This document shows positions 12,516 to 25,307 of a stretch of 64,000 nt of DNA, piece by piece (the stretch's first letter is position 1; every line of letters starts with the position of its first letter). The DNA is taken from the NCBI RefSeq assembly GCF_963506605.1, contig NC_083282.1, positions 50,406,001 to 50,470,000 on the forward strand, in the 5' to 3' direction. Source of the stretch: Zootoca vivipara. Lineage: Eukaryota. The notes below the pieces were generated by a model. The model saw only the letters and a program-made list of their open reading frames with translations. It ran no database searches and was not told where the DNA came from. A program made the position numbers and the translations under genes.

Positions 12516-13885
12516 TCCTGGCCGTGCAAAGTCACCGTCCGGCTCCCGTCTCGACAGCGCCCCCTCTCGCAAGGCGCAGGAAGAGCCCGCAACCCTTCGC
12601 AAAGGGCTCGGGCTACGTGGGGCATCGCCATTACCCAAGCGGTGCGATAAAGTCCAGATCCTTTAATGGTCCTCTTCCCCCTTCTCTCTGCCCCACCCCG
12701 CGCCCTCTCCAAATGTTCACCCTCGCTTCCAAAGGTTGCTTTGGAAGGCCCTCTTGCTCCTTGCGCTGAGCGGGGCCCGAGACTTCTGCCCCGACAGCTC
12801 TCCAGCCGCTACCTGACTCAGACAAACACAGGCACCTCCCTGCAAAGGCGCACAGACAAAGTAACTCGTCATCCAGCAAAACAACGCTCAGCTTCCTCAC
12901 CCCCGGACTGGCCGCTCCGCGCTTCTTTTGGGGAGCGTCAGTCTGCTCATCTGTCAACAACTGACTAGTTGGTAGGCGTAGCACGGGCACCTACCCGAGA
13001 CGTTTTTTGTTTCGGTGTGCATGGTCTGTGCAGGTTACGCGCAAGTGAGCGCGCATCACTGCCCCTCTCCCCTCCCTCAGGTTATAGCCCCCGAGTCTTC
13101 AGGAACAGGATGACATACATAAGCAACACGCAAATCTGAACAAACAATGCCGTTGTGTTTGGATAGCGAGCGGAGGAGTCGCCAGGCTCCTCCGACTGCG
13201 ATGGACAGCACCGCCATCGCGCACTTCGGGGAGGTGCTCGTACCCCAAAACCGACCGAACCCATTTTAAGGGTTCCTTTGCCATCTCCTCTCGTGAGCAG
13301 GTGGGAGAATTCCGAGGTGGTGAAGGCGAAAAGCCACGCCGAAACTCTCCAGGCTGTCTAAGGGAGTGGCTAGAGATGGAAAGAACAGGTGGCTCAAGGG
13401 ATGAAGAGGGAAGGCGACGTCTCCTGGACTCTGGGAAACGAAAGAAGGGTGGGGAGCGAAAGAGATTTCCCCCACCCACCGACGGGGTCAGGGCTGGTCC
13501 ACTAATATTTCCCCACCCGGAGACAAAATACGAGATCTTCGACGTTACACAAGGTGGATGGGGGTGAGCAGGGAGTCAGAAGCCGGGATGCGCTCTCTCC
13601 CTTCGCAGCATAGCTGACCTCCGCAAATGAGGATGAAAGGGAAAAATCCCAGGCGGAGCGGAGGTCGAATGACATCGAGGGAGGAAGCGAGGGGGCTGCC
13701 ACCTCCGAAATGTGGCTAGGGTGGGAGATGTCGACGCAGGTTCTCCATCACAATCACGGGTAAATGTTCCTGTTTTCGATACCTTAAATATTTTCCATGC
13801 ACGTTACAATGCCGCCCTCCCCCTACCCAGCATTGAGAGCTGCCCAAGACCCTCCGGCTCCCAGACGGGAGAAAGCAGCGCTCAC

Positions 13886-13945
13886 CTCTCTCTCTTTCGC
13901 TGCCTTCCTTCGCTCGGAGGCGCCCTCTGCTCTCGGTAGCTCTGA
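13886..13945 (-). other. CDKN1A: Probable non-coding exon 1 of CDKN1A (TSS approximate)
   Basis: Minus-strand GAG|GTGAG donor at 13885. TATA-like TTTATGTA at ~13967-13974 and GC boxes (ccccgcccc, ggggcgggg) at ~13988-14015 upstream, inside the CpG island. Confidence 0.55.
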
Positions 13946-14446
13946 GCGTAGCAGCTCCCGGCAGGACTACATAAAGCCTTTCCAAGACCCCGCCCCCTCT
14001 CGTGAAGGGGCGGGGCCTCGCGCCTCTCCTCCCCGCCTCCGAGGAATTTCCAGAGCACCTCCTTCCTGGTCTCCGTTGTTGACTGCCTGGGTCCTCGCTT
14101 GCACACACGCCCGAAAAGGAATCGCGCCGCCGACAAATTCTTCCGCAAAGGTACGCCGGCATTTACGTCTACGAGCATAAAGAGCCGCGGCGCGACTCTT
14201 TGTACAAGATGCTGCAAGATGTAAACCGACCGTGTCTCCTCTGACGCTGATGCAAAACACCGGGAAGAGTGCCGGCTCGGTTGCGCTTTGTTTCTTAAGC
14301 GACTCTTTGTACGTTTTCCCTGCCCGGTATTAACACAGATTGCCGTGTCCTGTGTGGAAAAGCACTCAAAAGTATTTTTAGACATGCCTTGAAAATTTCT
14401 GCAAATAAAATTTCTGCACTCCTTAGACAGGCTGGCAGGCTGGCAG

Positions 14447-14527
14447 CCAACGAACTAACCAACCAACTGGCCGGGGAACCAACTAACCAGCCAGCCAACC
14501 AACTAACCAGCCGGCCAACCAACTAAC
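14447..14527 (+). repeat. Degenerate (AACC/AACT/AGCC)n tetranucleotide repeat
   Basis: Seen directly. Confidence 0.8.
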
Positions 14528-16508
14528 TCACACACCTTTCCTCCCTCCTCCCTCCTGGCGCATTAAGAGCTGTTTAATCTGAAGCAGGTGTGCCCAGCTA
14601 TTGCTGTTCGCCTCATTCTATCTCCAGGTTCTCCCCTGCATGGCGTCATCAGCACCAAAGTGCCGGCCTGTAGCCCCCTTCCCACTTTATTCCAGATTTT
14701 TCCTTGCGGGGGGGGGGAGGAGAATTCTCCGCAGTTTGGTGTTCTTTTATAATTTCCTGTTGTTAAATAAAAAATAAAGCAAAAATTAAAAATAAAATAA
14801 TTAGCTGTTGCTTCAAAGTTCCCTCTTTCTGTCCTGCACACAAGCTACTCGTGGGTAGAGGCCTTGAGATTAGCTTCAGCTGGAAGTGGAACAGCTCTAT
14901 TCCTAGGTGTCCCCAAAGTGGCATGAAGGCTGAAAGGCAACTGTGGACCCGCCCACTTTTCTCTTTGTGCATCGCCAAATTGTTGCAGGAGCTTTACTTA
15001 GTTGCTTATTAGGTTTATATCCTGTCTTGTCTCAAAGGAAACCATGGCAACATATGTACATCAATGCACCACCTGCTGCCTCCATTTTATCCCCCACAAC
15101 AACCATGTGAGGAAGGTTGGGCTGAGAGAAAATGACAGGCCTAAGGTCACCCAGTGACCTTCACTGAGTTGGAATGTGAACCCGGTGTCACACTGGGCCT
15201 ACCAAGGGTTGCCATATTTTGAAGAGCAAAAAAGAGGACACTTTTGCCGACTTCTACTTTTAACTATGGATCGCTATGACGACACTACCCATGAAAAAGA
15301 GGACGCGTCCTAGAAAAAGGGGACATATGGCAATACCCTCAAACTAAGTTAAAATCTGGTTTCCTGAATTCAAATCCATTAAAGTCACTCACACCTGCCA
15401 TGATAGGCCAATGATGAGGATGGCGAGTCCCAATCATTTGGTATTTGTAGCATTTGTTTTATAGTCTTTCTGTATCGGGTCAATTTTTGTTGCAACATCT
15501 AATTGTCTGGAGAATGTACTTTATTTGATACAAGGCTGTGACCCTTGATTCTTTTCGTAAGGTACTGTTTTGTTCTCTTGTTTTTGTTTATTTTATTTCA
15601 TAATTCTTACTGGACTTTTCTTTTAACTTCATAATACTGCAAAGTATTGAGATAATCATTCACAAATTACACCTTGGTCATATGAACTTTTAGTGATGTG
15701 TGAAGATGCTCCACTTCAGGGCTGTTGAGCTACAACTCTAAGGTTGCTACCACCCTTTCTGGAACCAAATCAGGACCTTTAACAAAGGGAACCATGCATC
15801 TGTTCCCCGCCCCCTCCATATATCAATATTTAACATGGCAGGGCATTGCTAGGCAACATTGTTAGCCACCTGCTTCAAAAGTCTTAGCTGTCTACTTAGT
15901 AGGTTGCCACCTTTTGGAGCTGGGCTTCTGCACCATTATCAGCTGTGTAACAGGCAGAAATCTACCAGGCATAGCTTTCCTCACTGCTACCATGCACTGA
16001 TGGAAAGGACACTTGTTGAAAGACTGCTCAGTCTGCTGTCCAGCTGCTAACAAACATCATGGTTGCTGACCCTTCTTAACTGCTCTTTATCTTTAAAATA
16101 GACTTAGGAGGATGCCTTCAAACAGAAGACAGCCTTCTGCAAAGTACGGCACAAGGTTATGCTAATTACTTTTTGTCTAGCAGCCTCTGCGTTATAATTT
16201 TTTTTTTGAAAGACAGACAATATTGGAGTGGGGGCAGAATTTGTAACTGTGTAGGACTCCTTTATTCTCCACTGTGGATTGGGATGAAGTAAGCAGCAGA
16301 ACTATTATCTAGACTGCTTTTTCCATACCTAATGCAACATTGGTTCATGGCTAAAGAACCCCATTATCTTCTATTTCAGAATACGAGGAAAATCAGTTAA
16401 ATCAGCTGGTAGCCAGATTTCGAAAATTGGCTTCCAGGGATAAAAAGCGAACGTTCATAGTAAAAGTGCCTGGATAAGCAGCTTTCAGAGCGAAGTGCTC
16501 TTAACAAG

Positions 16509-16528
16509 GAACATGTTTGGGCATGTTA
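16509..16528. promoter_or_regulatory. p53 response element, upstream (distal) site of CDKN1A
   Basis: GAACATGTTT GGGCATGTTA: two RRRCATGYYY half-sites, no spacer, 19/20 match, about 2.6 kb upstream of the inferred TSS. Confidence 0.8.
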
Positions 16529-17773
16529 TACTAAGGAGGCTGCATCCTGATGAAGTGGCCTTCTTCTGAGTTAATAACAGTCCTGGTTTCAAAAGTAGAA
16601 TATGCTGCTGTGATCACAACATCCAGATAAGAGGCTAGACTGGAGTTGCATTGATTGTGGCACCGTTGTGCTCATCAGCTGAAATTAGGGCTGCACATTA
16701 AGGGTTCGATTTACCATACCTGAGCCTGTGTGTGCGTATTTGTGGGTCGATGGAACAGCTCCTGGCGTTCTCACATTTGTTGGCGGCACAGCCCCTGTGT
16801 GTTTAACAGCTGGGTGACTGACAGGTAGAAATTCAACAGATGCAGTATCCTCTATCATTGCAATTCCATTAAGATGTAGCATTTCTGCCTGCTGTGCAGA
16901 TTTTCTTGAGGCACAAGGGTTTGGCCAGGTGCTAATTCTATTAATGTCCAGGCTGTGTCGATGAAGAGAGACTTGTGGTCAGATTGAAGTTGGCTATTAC
17001 CATCTTATAACAATTATGGCAGGATGCAGCTAACAAGCCTCATCAGTGGAAGTCCTGTGCAAGCACTTCCACTTGGACAGCAATGCTTTCCCGGCTTACT
17101 TCCCCCTTCATGTCTACCCCCCCACCTCATGAATTGGGATGGATGTGTTAGGACGTGAATCCCCAGAACAGGATGTGGTGGTTGGGATGTGGGGGTGGAG
17201 AGAGGGGAGGAGAGGGGAGGGGGATTTTCCATGTGGCAAGTTGAAATGCTCATGCAGACAAAACGTTCATCATAGTGCGACATTGAACCCTGCCCATAGA
17301 TACTGCATGCTGTGGAATAAAACCTAGCAGGAACTATTCTCCTTAGAACATTTCATGCCTGTGAAGTGTCCCCATTATTTCTCCTTTGCATTTAAGTTTT
17401 TGATTTGACTCAGTCGGTTTTTAATGGGCAAGTTAAAATTCCAAACCCAGCATCGTAACATGCATAGATTGCATGGGTACAAAGAATGAGGCTTTAAGAC
17501 TAATTAAATCTCTGCATCCTTTGCATTTAATAACTGCTCAAACTCCACTCCGTGACTGGCTCCTTTTTGGTGCTGCTGCTGTAGGACCTCCCCTTGGCAC
17601 TGGGCCCTGTGGAATAGAGTTCCCTTATTGTGCCCAGTCAGTGCCCTCTCACTCTGCTAAACAGAGCAGAGAAATTACGCTTTAAAATAAATTAGAGTAG
17701 AGGGCATGGGAAAGTGTTAATTTCATGCCAGGAACTCTTGCTACTACAAGCTAGCAACAAGGGATATTAATGA

Positions 17774-17817
17774 TATTACTATTATTATTATTATTATTAT
17801 TACTACTACTACTACTA
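17774..17817 (+). repeat. Compound (ATT)n(ACT)n microsatellite
   Basis: Seen directly. Confidence 0.9.
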
Positions 17818-18839
17818 CACACCATTTGAATGCTACCAACAAAGTCAAAACTCTTACGTGTAGAACAATAGCAGATGCTGTCCTGTTTTTACTTTTTTTA
17901 AAAAAAAAATATTATCACATGCCTAGGACTCATTGTGTGCCAGAATGTGGGAGACATGCTGTTTTGAAAAACTAGGCCATCTGAGCCAGATCTGCCCACT
18001 GCTCACATATCCTCTTACTCCCAACTGCTCCATGGTGACTGTATCTCTAGAGCTCTGGTTCTTAAACTGAGAGGCAGGCCCCCCACCCCTCTTGTCTGTG
18101 AGTCCTGGAAGACTTGCTCCCTGCCCTGCAAGCCTTTTTCCACCCAGCCTTGAAGGACAGGGCCCTGACTGACTCCAGCTGCAGAAGCTGAGGTTGCTGA
18201 AGACTCTTGGGCTGGGGTCTTTTGTTGTTGCTGTTTTTAATTTTTCTTCCCCTTTGTTTCTTTATTTTAAATATTGTGATTTATGTGGAAATAGTTCAGT
18301 CTGCTTGTGTACTTTTAAATGTTTTATTTATTGTTTATTTATTATATTGTTTGTTTATTTATTATGTTTTATTTATGACTCCTTTTGTTATGTTGCTGTG
18401 ATGCTATGCTTGGTTTTTTAGGTTGTAATCTGCCTTGGCATGGCGTACAAATAAAATTATGTGTGTATGTATGGTAACACACGGCATTTGAAGGCAGGCA
18501 AATAATTCAAGAAGGGAGAAGCTCTCACAGTGGGCCCAGCAAAATACCTCTTTCTATCCAGCAACAGAGTTATGCCTGACAGTCACTCAAATAAGGCCGG
18601 CCAAAGGACAAGATATTGTGTGTGTCCCCGCCCCCCATTCCACATATAGATGCCCACTAGCCTAGCTGTTGAATCTCCAACCAAAGGGAATGACTGCCCT
18701 TCAGTGTCTGCTGCCTGAGGCAGTTGCCTTGTGCCACCTGGTGGTTGGGCTGGCCCTGCACAGCAATTCATCCCATTTGTTATTCCAGGCAACCAATGTT
18801 TACGCATATTGCCTCCAACAGTGGAGGCAGAATGTAGCA

Positions 18840-19110
18840 TTTGTGGCTTGTGGGCCATGGATAGATTTATTATCTTCCATCAATTTGTCTAATCCTTCTT
18901 TAATGGTGTCCAAATTGGTGGCCCTGACTACATCTTGTGGGAGCAAATTCCATCCTTTAATTATGGGCTGTGTGAATAAACACTTTCTTTTGTCTGTCCT
19001 GAATCTTCCAGCATTCAGCTTCCTTGAATGTCTGCAAGCTCTTTTGTTATGGGAGAGGGAGAAAAAACTCCTCTCTACCCATTTTCTCCACACCTTGAAC
19101 AATCTTAAAC
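18840..19110 (-). mobile_element. CR1 LINE 3' fragment
   Basis: Peptide HSRKLNAGRFRTDKRKCLFTQPIIKGWNLLPQDVV...IKEGLDKLM resembles the CR1 ORF2 C-terminus. Confidence 0.75.
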
Positions 19111-19998
19111 ACCTCCGGAGGTTCATAGATCGCCCTGTGGTGAAAAGAAGCCCTTGTCTGCTGTGTGTATTGCCTACTTGTCCCTCTTAAAGCAATCTTA
19201 AAATGTACATTCAGAGGTAGAAAAGACCTGTTGCTCACAGATAAGGAATCAAGGCATGCTTCCTCTAGCTTAGAGCCCAGGGCCATTTCCTAGTCAATTA
19301 TTTGTTGGGCTATAAATGAGCTGGGGGTGTTTTTTTTGGGGGGGGGTATTCCCAGTCACTTTCTCCTCCCTGCTGAGAATTTAATCTGAATACAAAAGAG
19401 GCATTGTTACATGTAAGAGGCATGCTAAGCCTATCTACAAGACAGCCAAAAAAGTCACTACAAATTGCAGGATGGGGTTATTGTTATAAGGTGTTGAGAA
19501 GTTATCCTTTCCTCATCCTGGAGTTCTTTCTTGGGGCAGCACCAAGGCCTCCTTTTTGTCTTCTCTTTCACATGTTGTGGGCAGCATGGATTGTTTGTAG
19601 CTCTGCCGAGTCACAAGCAGCTGCGTAACTAAGTGTCTGGTAGTTTGGGAGCCTTTCATACTATTCAAACAGTTCACGTCCATGTTTTTAGACCCTGTTT
19701 GCCATGTCCCGGTCATAAAGGTCTCACTGTGAGCATTTTTTTTATTTTTCTCGTTGAACTGTTATGAGTTATCTGGTGACTGGTTAATTTTATTGGCTAT
19801 TAATATGCGGTGTCTCTCGCCTGTTGTTCTATGACTATTTAAACTCTGTTATAATTAGCGAATTATACGAGTGAAATTTTGGAAGTTGTAAACTGCTTTG
19901 AGCAATGTTGCCATGGAAAAATGGCATACAAATAATCTACCATAATGACAATGCAAAAGAGTGTGTTTATATCCATTTCCCCAAGAGGGGGAAGTCCT

Positions 19999-20378
19999 AG
20001 GATAGCACGGCATAAACTGCTGAGCCTCTTGGGCTTGCTGATCAGAAGGTCAGTGGTTCGAATCCCCGCGATGGGGTGAGCTCCTGTTGCTCTGTCCCAG
20101 CTTTTGCCAACCTAGCAGTTCAAAAGCACGCCAGTGTAAGTAGATAAATAGGTACCACTGCAGTGGGAAGGTAAACAGTGTTTCCTTGTGCTCTGGTTTC
20201 CATCACTGTGTTTCGTTGCACCAGAAGCGGTTTAGTCATGCCGGCCACATGACCTGGAAAGCTGTCTGTGGGCAAACACCAGCTTGCTCGGCCTGAAAGC
20301 GAAATGAGTGCCGCAACCCCATAGTCACCTTTGACTGGACTTAACTGTCCAGGGGTCCTTTACCTCTACCTTTTACCT
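19999..20378 (+). mobile_element. Sauria SINE (diverged)
   Basis: GGTTCGAATCCCC box B, same body as 7048-7398, ACCTT tail. Confidence 0.8.
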
Positions 20379-23300
20379 TACTTTTGGATGAGTACAGTGG
20401 TGGCTTTATTGACAAATCCACAAATAGAACACAGCAGGAAAAAAGCACACCAAGACATTTCTTCAGCAGACAGCAGCACCCTAAATATCAATCTATGAAG
20501 CTTTCTCAAGGCTGCACACCCTACTCTGGCTAATTCCAATGATAAACTCTCCTCTTGCTTTCTGCTCTATCATTTCAAACTGCAGTTTCTCACATACTCA
20601 TCTGCAGGTCACTCCTTCAGCCTCCATCCCTTCAAGTGAGTTTGCCCATTCACAGGACCATTCCCAGTTGTTGTTTTTGCAGGCGGGCATACGCTCCAAC
20701 ATTTCTCTGATGAAAATAGGGACGTCTTATTCCATAATGATAAGTTTACTATCTACACATCTTGCTGGATTGCCCCAGCCACTCTGGGCAGCTTCCAACA
20801 TATATAAAAACATAATAAAACATTAAACTTTTTTTTTTAAAAAAAAACCTTCCCTATACAGGACTGCCTTCATATGGCTCAGGGGTTGGATAACTCCATA
20901 CCCTCCAACATTTCTCCAATAGGGACATCCTAAGGAGAAGTGGGACATTCTGGGATCAAATCAGAAACTGGGACAGCTTCTCTAAATCAAGGACATCCCT
21001 GGAAAATAGGGACACTTGGAGGGTTTGTGGGCAGGGTGGGGTAAGTAGTTGTGGGATTATGCCTTGCAGGTGCCAAAATAAGTTTAAGAGTCTTGGGTAC
21101 TATGACTTTACCCCTTAATTTGGGAAGGGAGGACATTTGCTACTCTACCATAGGCAGCAAAATGTCTCAGCTGGTCCCCTGCCTTAGATAACCAAATATT
21201 AAACTCCTAATATTAGTAAGGAGGAAAAGAAAAGAAAAATCCTAAATGTCGTATTTCAGTCCTGGCCACCACAGAAGCTAGAAACAGTATTTGTGTGACG
21301 ACAGTCCATAAAGTTTGATTCTTCTCGACTTCAGATTATTTGTTTGATTGGGCTTGTGTAAATTTACTCACTGGAGAGATTAGCATGGGATTTAAAAGGC
21401 AGCCTTCTGCAAGAACAGATCGGATGTGGAGATCTGCAGTCAAACCCTTATGCAAGGTTAGATTAAACGGACATTCCAACATCTCAGAGGGAACATAGCA
21501 ATCTCAAAGAGGCAGAGGCAGAAACTTTGTGGATTCATTCTGCCAAATACTTTGCAAATCTTTTGTAGCAATCGGAAGCAGACCTTACACAACAGCTCTC
21601 CACCCTTGACCAGGTTGTTAAAAAGGCTTGGCCCGACTCATGCATAGAGCAGGGAGAGGGAAACTGTAGCCTCCAGGTTGCTAGACTACATTTGCCATTA
21701 TCTGTGTCTATTGGCCATGCTGGCTGGGGCTGATGGGAGTTGGAGTTCAACAACATCTAGGAGGGTCATGGATTTGCTCTCCCTGGCCTAGAGAGATCTC
21801 TGGCTCAAGAACTTTCAGGACCACACTGACAGCTCAATCTTATGCTTCAGTTTCAGCTCAATCCTATACTTCGATTTCAGCTGTCAGGAGCCTTGGAGAT
21901 CTTAAAAATGAAGGACTTCATGCTGGCATACCAACAGGGTTACACCAGCGCATTTATTATGGCGGTGTAGCCCTACTTGCTGACACCATTCTGCAGTCAA
22001 AAAAGTCAAGGGAGTTAAGCTCTCTCTGACCTTCAAGATGATGTCACATTACGCTTTTAGCACTGTAAGTATATATGTCACAAAATGTGCCTACAATATA
22101 CAATAATACAATGCATACCTGAATGGAAGCAACTGAGCCAAAACTGACTTTGGCTCTGTCTCTTGTTTTCATTTCGTTACACTTTGAGTTGTTTAAAACG
22201 ACCAGACTGTGACATTGTCAATACTGTGCTCTCTCTGAACGCTATCACTGAAAGAGCCATGTAACTGATACCTGATTTAAACAACTGGTTTTTTTCTCAA
22301 CTGTGTGTTAGGTTTGCTGTCTATCTTTCCATCCAAATGAACGCTCAGAGTTGGGTGGCCATATGACAATGGGAAAAAAGGCCTCTGCAGCTTTAACTGT
22401 TGTGTAGAAGAGGCATAGTTTAGCCGCTGAAATTCCCTCTTCTACACAACCATTAAAACTGCAGGAGCCTTGTCCTCCCCCATCAGGGCAGCCTAGCTCA
22501 AAGTGGGATGCCAAGTCCAAGAAAAGCAACAACACCACAAAGTGAACCATTCGGAGAAGCCAATAAAGCACAATCCAAGGAAACAAGTGAGTAGCAGCAA
22601 ATGTCAAGTGCCTACCTGAATATGAAGGCCAATTCTGGGTACTAATTGCTCATCTTTCATGCAGACACGCCTCCTGTGATGAAGGTGGAGATCAGCTGGC
22701 AAACCAGTCAACCTGGAACCCTACTTGCCATGCCTGTTTTTTTTGTTTTTCATTACAGTGACTGTATAAGATGAGTAATCCTAAACTCAGCAAGAAGATG
22801 GTCCTGGAGGGCGGTTCTGCACCAGAGGAAAAGAAGATTCATTGGGAGAGGAGGATTCAGTCAAACATGTCTGAACATATTCCTTTTGCCCTTTGGCAAA
22901 AAATGACAGCTCTGGGTCAATTAAAAAAAAAAAGCAACAAAGCTGCAAGTTTTTAGACCAAACAGGATGTATTGGGACTGAGGGAAGCTTTGGATGAATT
23001 TTTAGTAAGAGTCCTGCTGGGTTCACCGAGTCCAGCATCCTGTTTTTCAATCAGCTAGGTGCCTCTGGGAAGCATCAACACTAAGAATTGTTGTCAGAAC
23101 ACGGTGGGCAACCGGATTTCACCTTGGACTATGTGGCACTTGGTCGTGTGTGATTTCAGGGCCAGCACAGCCTTCATAGGCAAGATTCCCTTCAACAAGG
23201 CAAGCAAGTATTAACAGCCACAGATGGAAGAGACAATGCATCAGGATTCAAAGAAGTGTGACTAGCCCAAGGTGCATGTGACTAGCAGCTGCATGTGGAG

Positions 23301-25171
23301 GAGCGGAGACGCAAACCCGGTTCCCCAGATTATGAGTCTACCGCTCTTAACCACTACACCACGCTGGCTGTCTTCCGGTACTACTTTCAGGCTAGCAGAG
23401 TCTGTAACCCGAAGTGTTTGTAACCCAAGGTGCTACTGTATTCCAATCCTGCTCATGTAGGCAAAGGAAGCCAGTTTAAACCAGAAATAAGCACCATAAG
23501 AAACTGCATGTTCTTCTCACAAGTTAAGCATTACATTTAAAACAGACTCCAGTTCTGATTTAACATGTGACTGTGTGTGTGATATATATATATATATAAA
23601 CATAGTTATAGTTAAAAATGCTTCTGTCAACAATTCTGTAACCACAGAGAGTAACTACAGCTTGCTGGGAATCGAAAATGGATTTACGAGGTCAGAAGGA
23701 GGTGCTTGTAAACAGGCAGAAACTTCTCCTTTTCCACATTTACCACTAGGGAATAAGAGTACATTTGATTTTATTCAGTACTGCCTGCATTAAAGAGCAA
23801 ACCTAAAAGAAAACCAAGTCATTCCTAGAACCACCTGATGAATGGGGCCAGGCTGTACTATAGCAACAGATTGAAGAGGCATATAAAATACATTTTAAAA
23901 AAAGATTTTGAAACTATTGTTCCCAATTCCTACAGGCTGCTATGCAAAGGAACTATAGCCCTCGAAGTGTGTAATTGTGGAATACATTGAAATAATCAGT
24001 TCAGTTAGAAAACAGATTTTTAACAGAGTGGGGCCTTTTACATTTAGGGTCTATTTTACAGTCCTCTATCTGCAGTTAAGAACCATAAAAAAGGAGAACG
24101 GGGGACGTGGAGGTAACTGCCAATAATCTGATAGCACCTGGACAGCTACGATAATGAAATGGATTGTATTTCTGTTTTTAAAATAGTAATTATTTCTAAA
24201 TTTGTACCTAAGTATACACAAAGTTTGCAACGTTTTTGTCCTCTTATTTTGCAATTCTTTAAGTAGCCACCCTGTTTACATTCAGAAATAAGTGTTCGAT
24301 GGCTGTTCTGTAAGTGTTTAAAATACTATTCTCCAAGCATGACCCATCCACACCCAAGAAGAGGTCATGCACCAGCAGGCTTGGGGAAATTCCCAAGGTT
24401 TGCAGAAGTATGACCAATATGTGGGGGTGGGAGTTTAAAACCCACAAATCTGTAGGAAAAAGAATCCTAAGAAAGAAGACATTAAAAACCCACAGTCCAG
24501 TAAGAACTGGGTGTGCTTAGTTGCCATGGAATGCATACAGGTGTGTGTTTGTGTTGAAAACTAGGAGAGAATGGAACGAAGTAGCCTGGGACAGGATATG
24601 GCTGGCTGAAACCCTGCACAGGAGCACTTATTCGCTCAGATTCTGTGACTCTCAAAATCTATCCAACTATATGTGAGCTGCCTACTACCATCCTTCTGTA
24701 AAAGAATTTGAAAGATGACATTTCCATGTATCCAAGCAAGAAAACAGCATAACAAGGTTCCAGGCAGGACTGCCACCGCCCCCTGCTTTTCCCCATCTCT
24801 TGGCAGGGCAAGGATCAGAATGACTTGCTGGGAATAAATTGTCTGTTTAGCTATGACAGTACAAACTCCTGTATGTCCCCAACCGCTAAAGCACATCCCC
24901 TTCGAAACTCCCTGCATGTTGGTAATAGGCAAGCACCTTCACTGTGTTTTCGGTGTCTACTAAAATATTTTTTGCTTAAGCAAGCCTATCCAGACATGTA
25001 AAATTTGAGCTGTGTTTTAATATGTGGTTTTATTTTACAATGTATATATTTCAAAACGGCTGATTTTATCTTTTAGAAAAACAGGCTAACCTGTTTTTTT
25101 TATTGCCAACCTTTAACGCCTGCTTTAATTAAACCAGTTAAGAGGTTTTTTAATTCAGTCAAATAAGATAA

Positions 25172-25307
25172 TGGAATCGTAGAAATGTAGCGTTGGACCA
25201 CGAGGGTCATCTAGTCCAACCACTGCAATGCAGGAATCTTTTGCCCAACATGAGGCTCGAACCCACAACCCTGAGATTAAGCGTCTCATGCTCTACCAAC
25301 TGAGCTA
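25172..25307 (-). mobile_element. tRNA-Lys-derived SINE with a CR1-like 3' tail
   Basis: Minus strand TAGCTCAGTTGGTAGAGCATGAGACGCTTAATCTCAGGGTTGTGGGTTCGAGCC, then ...GGACTAGATGACCC. A related copy lies at 54232-54366. Confidence 0.75.

Larger units (their letters stand above)
11230..14290. promoter_or_regulatory. CpG island spanning the CDKN1A promoter and 5' part of intron 1
   Basis: High GC and CpG density. Sp1 GC boxes, CRE/E-box cluster at ~11460-11495, AP-1 sites TGAGTCA 12409-12415 and TGACTCA 12814-12820. Confidence 0.85.

Noticed and set aside
11268-14385. Many overlapping 60-258 aa ORFs on both strands
   Set aside because: Expected from stop-codon scarcity in the CDKN1A CpG island. 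Low-complexity G/P/R/A content and no recognisable domain.
25235-25307. tRNA-Lys-like sequence (also 54232-54293)
   Set aside because: Lacks the 5' acceptor stem, has stem mismatches and is fused to a CR1-like tail, so it is a SINE head rather than a tRNA gene.
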